From a virus, in IMG/VR virus record IMGVR_UViG_3300045988_009917, positions 1 to 5,959 of that record: a DNA stretch of 5,959 nt. The stretch is one strand, 5' to 3'. A program made the position numbers and the translations under genes. The notes under the pieces were generated by a model. The model was not told the DNA's origin. It saw only the letters and a program-made list of their open reading frames with translations, and ran no database searches. Below, one piece after another: positions 1 through 4,544 of this stretch (its first letter is position 1; every line of letters begins with the position of its first letter).

Positions 1-95
1 ATAATCAGTAGCAATTGCATCAGTATTAAGAGAATTAATATAATCAGCAATAGACTGAGATGTAGAATAAGGCATATCACCATTCAAAAAAAAAT
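1..95. repeat. Terminal direct repeat, copy 1. It is an assembly overlap of a circular genome, not a biological repeat.
   Basis: 1..95 (ataatcagtagcaattgcatcag...cattcaaaaaaaaat) is identical base for base to 5865..5959. The capsid reading frame runs through the junction in frame. Confidence 0.97.
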
Positions 96-420
96 TCTGA
101 GTAGGGTCAAGAGAAACAGCATGCTGCGGATTATCATACATCTGCGTCAAGACTGTATTAGACTTATTCCATAGCAAATCATAGGGAACAAAGAAAAAAT
201 CATAATACTCTCTAATACGCGCAAATGCAGCAGTATTAACAGGCTGCGTTCGAGTAAACGCCTTAAGATTAATCTTAAACGTATCACCGGGCAAGACCTC
301 TTTTACCATAACTGGCAACAACTCACCAGCTTTAGCAGTAAAATTTTTCTTAAAAGATAAATCAAATCCATTACGCGAGGGTTTATTGCGGATGGACTTT
401 AGAGACATAATATTTGCCAT
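1..420 (-). CDS. VP1: Major capsid protein VP1 (F-like), N-terminal 140 codons. It continues at 5864..4545 on the circle. 1..95 is the duplicated part.
   Basis: ATG at 420..418. My own translation gives MANIMSLKSIRNKPSRNGFDLSFKKNFTAKAGELLPVMVKEVLPGDTFKINLKAFTRTQPVNTAAFARIREYYDFFFVPYDLLWNKSNTVLTQMYDNPQHAVSLDPTQNFF, followed by LNGDMPYSTS. That joins the listed 4545..5951 ORF, whose first M is really a TTG Leu codon. The motifs SRNGFDLS, GELLPV, EVLPGDTF and EYYDFFFVPY are the conserved N-terminus of microvirus capsid proteins. The joined length is 1740 nt, giving 579 aa. Confidence 0.95.
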   Translation of the reverse strand, partial: MANIMSLKSIRNKPSRNGFDLSFKKNFTAKAGELLPVMVKEVLPGDTFKINLKAFTRTQPVNTAAFARIREYYDFFFVPYDLLWNKSNTVLTQMYDNPQHAVSLDPTQNFFLNGDMPYSTSQSIADYINSLNTDAIATDY

Positions 421-445
421 AACATCAAAAAAATTAAATTAAACA

Positions 446-1945
446 TTATTCGTCGACGAAAATTTTATTCAAATCATTTAGTTTCTTATGTTTAATACGA
501 TCAGAAAACAACTTACTTATCTGTATATCATACAATCTATATACAGGAGTCTTCTTATAAACCAAAGAACTAAAATAAACATTATCATAAAAAAATGGAT
601 AATAACTATTTTCCCAAGCATCAGACATTAAATCAAGGTCACCAACCAAATCACTCGCATAGAATAATTGCTGATTCTCAAAGAACGTCTTCAAGTGCAT
701 ATAATCCAAACGGGAATAAAATTCTTCAATAAGCTTCAACTTTCGTCTCTGCTCCGACAAGGTAGGTCTATCACACACATAGTATAAAAAGTGTTTCGAA
801 AGAAGAAGTTCCGTATAAATACGATGAACATAACGACACATCTCAATACTATCAAGAGAATAGTTAACCATTTCAGGCTCAAAAAAATACTGTGCAAGCT
901 GAAACAAATTCGATTGGTCAGAAACCTCACCGAATATATCCAAGCAATAAGTATCTCTCTTATTATGAAAGTAGTAAATATAACCAACTATTTCCTGCGC
1001 GAGCGAGAACGTCGTTTCGGCGGACGGGAATAGGCGCCTTGCTGTATCATATATTCCATAAGAGTAAGCACGTTCACGTGAAGATTTATTAGCAAATCCT
1101 TTACATTTGGGGAAGAAGTAAGCGTAAGCCGACCGCCATACATCAAATTCCTTATAGCGTCCATTGATAACGATGCTTCTATTAATAAATCGCTCAGGGG
1201 TAAGCGTGTATACTTTTTCTCGTTCACCTTGCAAAAAGCCTTGACCCAGCTTTTGAGAATGAACGCAGAATGGACAGAGGGTAGGTAATGTAAGAACTTT
1301 GGGTACAAGCACACTGCTATTAACATAGCCCGCAACGTACGATGAACACTTACCTTTGGATAGCTGACAGTCGACACGACCATAGGACCAAGCCTCAGAT
1401 ACAGCCGCTGAACATACTTGTAGGACTTCATCTGATTGGAGGAATAATAAGATATGATAATGCGGGCGGAAGTGTACAGGTCCGTATTCGCCAATGGCAA
1501 AATAACGCACTTTTTCTTTGGGAAATCTCTTTGCAACATAATATCGTAAACGTTTAAAAAATAATTGTAAATCAAACTTTCTCAAATAAGGAAGATAACC
1601 AAATAAATGAAATTTGTCTTGTAAACGTTCAATCTCTTCTATAGACAAATCAGCCTCACCAAGATACTCACCAGTCTCAACATCTACGAGGTCATGTCCA
1701 TAAGGTCTTTCCATAGAGTCAACAAATTGAGCACGAGGAATGAAGCGGTTTGCATAAGTAAGTGTAATAAACAACACATGTTTAGATAAATAACTTTCCA
1801 AATCACACTGAAAAGCATATCGGGAATTTTTAGCCAAAATACAAGCCTTACAATGTCCACAGGGGACAGTCATAGCTTCATTTGTATAAGGATTAACAAT
1901 ACGTTGAGGGTTCAGACACTTGCAAAAGGGATTGAACAACGACAT
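446..1945 (-). CDS. VP4: Rolling-circle replication initiator protein VP4 (phiX174 gene A-like HUH endonuclease), 499 aa from ATG 1945. The track ORF starts 2 codons earlier, at GTG 1951.
   Basis: Three Rep motifs are present: LFITLTY (motif 1), GPVHFRPHYHILLF (HUH motif 2) and SSYVAGYVNSS (the paired catalytic tyrosines, compare YVAKYVNK in phiX174 A). There is also an N-terminal Cys cluster, CKC...VPCGHCKAC. Stop is TAA at 446..448. Confidence 0.95.
   Translation of the reverse strand: MSLFNPFCKCLNPQRIVNPYTNEAMTVPCGHCKACILAKNSRYAFQCDLESYLSKHVLFITLTYANRFIPRAQFVDSMERPYGHDLVDVETGEYLGEADLSIEEIERLQDKFHLFGYLPYLRKFDLQLFFKRLRYYVAKRFPKEKVRYFAIGEYGPVHFRPHYHILLFLQSDEVLQVCSAAVSEAWSYGRVDCQLSKGKCSSYVAGYVNSSVLVPKVLTLPTLCPFCVHSQKLGQGFLQGEREKVYTLTPERFINRSIVINGRYKEFDVWRSAYAYFFPKCKGFANKSSRERAYSYGIYDTARRLFPSAETTFSLAQEIVGYIYYFHNKRDTYCLDIFGEVSDQSNLFQLAQYFFEPEMVNYSLDSIEMCRYVHRIYTELLLSKHFLYYVCDRPTLSEQRRKLKLIEEFYSRLDYMHLKTFFENQQLFYASDLVGDLDLMSDAWENSYYPFFYDNVYFSSLVYKKTPVYRLYDIQISKLFSDRIKHKKLNDLNKIFVDE
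988..1539 (-). CDS. Candidate overlapping (overprinted) ORF in the +1 frame inside rep. It is 183 aa from ATG 1539, or 195 aa from TTG 1575, with an Arg/Ser-rich basic C-terminus.
   Basis: See the finding for details. The +1 frame has 1 stop in 281 codons here, against 6 stops in each flanking ~100-125 codons. The product ends ...QQGAYSRPPKRRSRSRRK. I recognise no homology. Confidence 0.3.
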   Translation of the reverse strand: MLQRDFPKKKCVILPLANTDLYTSARIIISYYSSNQMKSYKYVQRLYLRLGPMVVSTVSYPKVSVHRTLRAMLIAVCLYPKFLHYLPSVHSAFILKSWVKAFCKVNEKKYTRLPLSDLLIEASLSMDAIRNLMYGGRLTLTSSPNVKDLLINLHVNVLTLMEYMIQQGAYSRPPKRRSRSRRK

Positions 1946-1947
1946 AA

Positions 1948-2142
1948 TCACTTATAATTTAAATCAACAGTAGTAGAATCAACAGAAGTAGCCTGTGATT
2001 GCTCAGTAGACTGATTACTATTAGTATTGTTCTTACTAACACTCATACTCATAGTGCATGAAACACAGAGCCAAACAGCTGCAATAGCTACAACCGCTTT
2101 GACTACAATCTCAATTGTTTTATAAATCTTTTCTTTGTCCAT
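1948..2142 (-). CDS. Small membrane-anchored or lipoprotein-like protein, 64 aa, function unknown (lysis or exclusion candidate).
   Basis: ATG at 2142 and TGA at 1948..1950, only 2 nt before the rep ATG. The sequence MDKEKIYKTIEIVVKAVVAIAAVWLCVSC-TMSMSVSKNNTNSNQSTEQSQATSVDSTTVDLNYK has a charged N-terminus, one hydrophobic helix ending in Cys residues, and a polar S/T/N/Q tail. A Bacteroides-type -7 box lies 24 nt upstream. Confidence 0.6.
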   Translation of the reverse strand: MDKEKIYKTIEIVVKAVVAIAAVWLCVSCTMSMSVSKNNTNSNQSTEQSQATSVDSTTVDLNYK

Positions 2143-2165
2143 AACAATAATAATTAATTACGACA

Positions 2166-2173
2166 CAAATATA
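2166..2173 (-). promoter_or_regulatory. Candidate Bacteroidetes-type -7 promoter element TAnnTTTG (TATATTTG on the minus strand).
   Basis: Plus-strand caaatata at 2166..2173 reads TATATTTG on the coding strand. It ends 23 nt upstream of the ATG at 2142. It was the only perfect TAnnTTTG I found in the intergenic regions. The -33 TTTG is not perfect. Confidence 0.35.
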
Positions 2174-2240
2174 ATCATAAAAATAAATTCTACAATAGCA
2201 TAAACATATTAATATAAAATATTAACAGATGCAATATTGT

Positions 2241-2269
2241 ATTTAACATAAAAATACATTAAAAACGTA
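2241..2269 (-). promoter_or_regulatory. dif-like XerC/XerD recombination site (candidate attP).
   Basis: The minus strand reads TACGTTTTTAA TGTATTT TTATGTTAAAT. The 11-nt right arm is identical to the XerD arm of E. coli dif (GGTGCGCATAA TGTATA TTATGTTAAAT). The octamer TAATGTAT spanning the XerC-arm end and the central region is also identical. The central region is 1 nt longer and the rest of the XerC arm is degenerate. Confidence 0.55.
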
Positions 2270-2459
2270 ATATTCGATAAGTAATGTGATACAAACCGTC
2301 AACATAGGCAATAATAAGCTGCATAATGGGAAAACCATTCAATAAAATATATAATCCGTCAAACTGATATAACCGCACAACAGATAGGGAAGACAAGAAA
2401 TCAAATATTTCCATTAAGTCATGAAAGGGAATAGGACACCATTGTATAGAGTAATTCAT
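2259..2459 (-). CDS. Hypothetical 66-aa ORF in the AT-rich region (doubtful).
   Basis: ATG at 2459 and TAA at 2259. The product is hydrophobic. An internal DGLY motif occurs twice (FDGLYI and VDGLYH), encoded with synonymous differences (GGA TTA versus GGT TTG). I recognise no family. An ORF of this length is only weakly significant on a T-rich strand. Confidence 0.3.
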   Translation of the reverse strand: MNYSIQWCPIPFHDLMEIFDFLSSLSVVRLYQFDGLYILLNGFPIMQLIIAYVDGLYHITYRILRF

Positions 2460-2500
2460 AATGCAAAAATTTACATCCTGTCATTTTTCGTATAATAGGA

Positions 2501-2548
2501 CAAGAAAAGAAGACAGCCGAAAAATTCATTAATCGGCTGCCCTTCGGG
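2501..2548 (-). terminator. Candidate intrinsic terminator downstream of VP2.
   Basis: The coding strand reads CCCGAAGGG CAGCCGA-UUAAUGAAUUUU-UCGGCUG UCUUCUUUUCUUG. The 7-bp stem pairs 2514..2520 with 2533..2539, has 5 GC pairs and can extend by G-U/G-C pairs. A U-rich tract follows it and a CCC-GAA-GGG mini-hairpin (2540..2548) precedes it. The 12-nt loop is large for a classical terminator. Confidence 0.35.
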
Positions 2549-2631
2549 AAAATGACTAAGGTTTCACTTACGATTAAGATAACGTATAACAGCATTAACC
2601 AATCGAAAAAATAAAATAAGAAACGGAATAG

Positions 2632-2649
2632 ATAATAATAATAATAATA
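2632..2649. repeat. Trinucleotide microsatellite (ATA)6.
   Basis: ataataataataataata read directly at 2632..2649, 49 nt downstream of the VP2 stop on the coding strand. Confidence 0.9.
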
Positions 2650-2697
2650 TCCACATAATAACAAAAATCAATATTATAATGTAAATATAATAAAATA

Positions 2698-3864
2698 TTA
2701 CTCAATACCAGAGGGAACGCCTATAGATTGTAAAAAACGAGCGCCAGTTTTAAAGATACCAATTTTATCCGTATTATACAGAGAATCAAAGATAGATTCC
2801 TTAATAAGACGGACACGATCCTTATAAGTTTCAGACTGGAATTGATTCTCCGTTTGACGAGAAGTATTTTCTAACTGTGCATTAACAGTATTAGCGCGCT
2901 CAGTCCAATATTGCTGATTAGTAAGAGAAGTACGAGCAACAGTTTCAGCAAGTTTCTCAATCTCATGCTGAGCTTGTTTTTCAGTAAGATCCTTCTGTGA
3001 ATACTTCAATGCAATATCAGCAACAGATAAAGACAACTGCATTTTTTGTTCATACGGCAAAAATTTAAGTTGCTGCTCACGCAACAAATTCTCAGTAACA
3101 GCAAGCTTTGTTTGAGCCTGTATTTGACGAACATTCTCATTATTAACAGCAATCTGCGATGCAGAAAGGTCTTTCTGAATAGAAGAGAGAACACGCTGTA
3201 TAGCTACACGTTCATCATCATTCTTAGCATCATTATAAGACTTATACAATTCAGCAATAGCCTTACTTGCAATATACTTACCTTCAATACGCAAGTTGCG
3301 GGCTTGAGCATCCTGAAAATTACGCTGTGAACCGGTCATAATAGTATCAATCGCGTGTCCAAGTCCTTGCATAACACCTGAATAATCAGCAGAATAAGGA
3401 GTAGCGGTAGGAGGTTGAACACCTTGTGCACTGGGAGAACCAGCAGACGGGACAGAACCTTGTGTTCCTGATACAGAACCAGCAACACCAGCAGAACCGC
3501 CATTCATCATCATATAGGGATTCAAACCAGCAGCTTCCAAACGTTCACGTTGAGCAGACGGATCATTGTATTCATTCGTCTTATTCCACATTTCAGTCTG
3601 ATAAGCCTTATTATCTTCATACAACTTCCAAGCATTCGCCTTTTGGTCATCATAGAATTTCCACTGGTCACCTAATTGTGTCTGATACATTTCCTTATTA
3701 TAAGCAATTTGCTTATCAAACATTTTCTCGTTAAAGGCATTGTTCATTTGAGCAATTTCCTTATTGGCTTTATTCTGCATAGCACTAGTAGAGGCACCAC
3801 CGATAAGGGAAGTACCTGCACCAATTGCAGAACCGACAAGACCAGTCATAGCAGCAGCACCCAT
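2698..3864 (-). CDS. VP2: VP2 minor capsid / DNA pilot protein (phiX174 H-like), 388 aa.
   Basis: ATG at 3864 and TAA at 2698..2700. The Gly/Ala-rich hydrophobic N-terminus is MGAAAMTGLVGSAIGAGTSLIGGA. It is followed by the N/Q/K/E-rich segment NKEIAQMNNAFNEKMFDKQIAYNKEMY, then the conserved RERLEAAGLNPYMM motif, and then a long coiled-coil-like Q/E/K-rich C-terminal half. All of this is typical of microvirus pilot proteins. Confidence 0.9.
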   Translation of the reverse strand: MGAAAMTGLVGSAIGAGTSLIGGASTSAMQNKANKEIAQMNNAFNEKMFDKQIAYNKEMYQTQLGDQWKFYDDQKANAWKLYEDNKAYQTEMWNKTNEYNDPSAQRERLEAAGLNPYMMMNGGSAGVAGSVSGTQGSVPSAGSPSAQGVQPPTATPYSADYSGVMQGLGHAIDTIMTGSQRNFQDAQARNLRIEGKYIASKAIAELYKSYNDAKNDDERVAIQRVLSSIQKDLSASQIAVNNENVRQIQAQTKLAVTENLLREQQLKFLPYEQKMQLSLSVADIALKYSQKDLTEKQAQHEIEKLAETVARTSLTNQQYWTERANTVNAQLENTSRQTENQFQSETYKDRVRLIKESIFDSLYNTDKIGIFKTGARFLQSIGVPSGIE

Positions 3865-3920
3865 AATTCAATATTTTTATAATTACACATAACTTAATAT
3901 TTAAAAGGTATTATTTCATA

Positions 3921-3960
3921 GGGCATAGCCCTGGAGCCCCCCCTTAAAAGGGGACCCCCC
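3921..3960 (-). other. G/C-tract structured island (hairpins, and a possible G-quadruplex on the viral strand).
   Basis: The viral strand reads GGGGGG T CCCC TTTTAA GGGGGGG CTCCA GGGC TAT GCCC. Two hairpins are possible: CCCC/GGGG (3940..3943 with 3950..3953) and GGGC/GCCC (3921..3924 with 3928..3931). The C7 and C6 runs are the only homopolymer C runs of 5 or more that I noticed in the window. Confidence 0.5.
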
Positions 3961-3978
3961 AGTTAAGGTTCAGGTTAA

Positions 3979-4019
3979 AAAATAAAAGGGGAAACTGCTC
4001 GCAGGCTCTTTTTTATTTT
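3979..4019 (-). terminator. Candidate terminator-like inverted repeat downstream of the VP3-like gene.
   Basis: aaaataaaa (3979..3987) is the perfect reverse complement of ttttatttt (4011..4019). Together they enclose the GC-containing core ggggaaactgctcgcaggctctt. On the coding strand the structure ends in CCCCUUUUAUUUUUU. The A-tract and T-tract arms resemble a bidirectional intrinsic terminator. Confidence 0.3.
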
Positions 4020-4050
4020 AAAACTGAAGACCATAACTAAGGGGAAATAA

Positions 4051-4527
4051 TTATTCAGCAACAGTAGTAGCAGAATTATCAGTAGCAACATTAGCGGCAG
4101 AATTATCAGCAGCAGTAGCAGCAGCAGCAGCAGCAATCATTGCATCCTGAGAGCTCATAAGATACTGAGACCAAGACATTAACTCACTCGGGGTTTGAAT
4201 AAATCTCGATTTAACAAATGAGCACAACTGAGCATCAGTCATTCTTTTACGCAAATCTGACATTTTAGGCTCAGAAACAGACAGATTGTCAAAATACTCA
4301 ACAAGTTGTGCACGAGTAAGCTTATCCAATCGATGCTGATTAAACAGCATATGAATATCAGAAGTAATACGAATAGACTTCCTTCCATCACACTCTATCT
4401 CTTGAAACATAAAATCATGAAGAGGAGAGGGTTCTACAAATTCACTGATTGACAATACGGAAGAATTAACATTATTAGATTGAGAATTATCTACATAAGG
4501 CTCAACACGTCGTTTTGTACACCACAT
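4051..4527 (-). CDS. 158-aa protein between VP1 and VP2. It is a putative internal scaffolding (VP3-like) protein, and the function is assigned by position only.
   Basis: ATG at 4527, 17 nt after the VP1 stop, and TAA at 4051..4053. The composition is acidic and polar with an Ala-rich repetitive tail, MIAAAAAATAADNSAANVATDNSATTVAE. Size and synteny match the VP3 slot of non-phiX microviruses. I cannot confirm homology. Confidence 0.75.
   Translation of the reverse strand: MWCTKRRVEPYVDNSQSNNVNSSVLSISEFVEPSPLHDFMFQEIECDGRKSIRITSDIHMLFNQHRLDKLTRAQLVEYFDNLSVSEPKMSDLRKRMTDAQLCSFVKSRFIQTPSELMSWSQYLMSSQDAMIAAAAAATAADNSAANVATDNSATTVAE
4108..4134 (-). repeat. In-frame trinucleotide repeat (GCT)6 ACT (GCT)2, encoding AAAAAATAA in the VP3-like tail.
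   Basis: Read directly: the plus strand is agc agc agt agc agc agc agc agc agc. In addition, the 13-nt direct repeat gcagaattatcag occurs at 4070..4082 and 4097..4109 (period 27 nt) and encodes the duplicated (T/A)DNSA motif. Confidence 0.9.
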
Positions 4528-4544
4528 AATAAATAAGTTTTAAG

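Noticed and set aside
86-94. A9 homopolymer (T9 on the coding strand) inside VP1, at the end of the assembly overlap (also 5950..5958), as a possible frameshift or slippery site.
   Set aside because: The reading frame is intact through it (AAT TTT TTT TTG = NFFL) and both copies agree. It is more likely just where the assembler broke the circle. It is worth a read-level check only.
1-95. Terminal repeats as biological LTR/ITR or att duplications.
   Set aside because: The repeat is direct and exact, and it lies inside the capsid coding sequence in frame. This is the signature of a circular contig overlap, not of integration or transposition.
736-987. 83-aa minus-strand ORF listed as an independent gene.
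   Set aside because: Its M is a TTG codon immediately following the TAG of the 988..1575 ORF in the same frame. It is the continuation of the +1-frame open stretch discussed in the findings, not a separate gene call.
791-1557. Plus-strand ORFs antisense to rep (791..1033, 892..1092, 1342..1557; 66-80 aa).
   Set aside because: They are antisense to a confidently identified gene. They are short and of skewed composition, and I recognise no motifs. Microviridae transcribe only one strand.
1946-1951. Rep start at GTG 1951, as in the ORF track.
   Set aside because: An ATG lies two codons downstream (1945..1943), just 2 nt after the stop of the upstream small ORF. I consider ATG 1945 more likely, but the difference is only 2 residues.
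2419-2664. 81-aa minus-strand ORF in the AT-rich region.
   Set aside because: The listed start is a TTG (2664..2662), and the first ATG leaves only ~58 aa. The YYYYYY run is just the (ATA)6 microsatellite. The ORF reads through the terminator-like hairpin and overlaps the 66-aa ORF. On a T-rich strand such open frames arise fairly easily. I kept it only as a remote possibility.
3006-3194. Short alternative-frame minus-strand ORFs inside VP2 (3006..3194, 62 aa) and inside VP1 (5069..5254, 61 aa).
   Set aside because: Lengths are within chance expectation for a T-rich strand. Their Leu/Ile/Val-rich products are typical of frame-shifted reading, and there is no local depletion of stops like that seen in rep.
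3046-3882. Plus-strand ORFs antisense to VP2 (3046..3330, 3426..3734, 3676..3882; 68-102 aa).
   Set aside because: These Q/H/S/N-rich low-complexity products simply mirror the repetitive Q/E/K/N-rich VP2 codons. They are on the wrong strand for this virus family and have no start or regulatory context.
3921-4044. G-quadruplex on the plus (non-viral) strand using the GGG/GGGG runs at 3921, 3950, 3988 and 4041.
   Set aside because: Loops would be 26-50 nt, far outside accepted G4 geometry. Only the complementary (viral) strand has closely spaced G runs.
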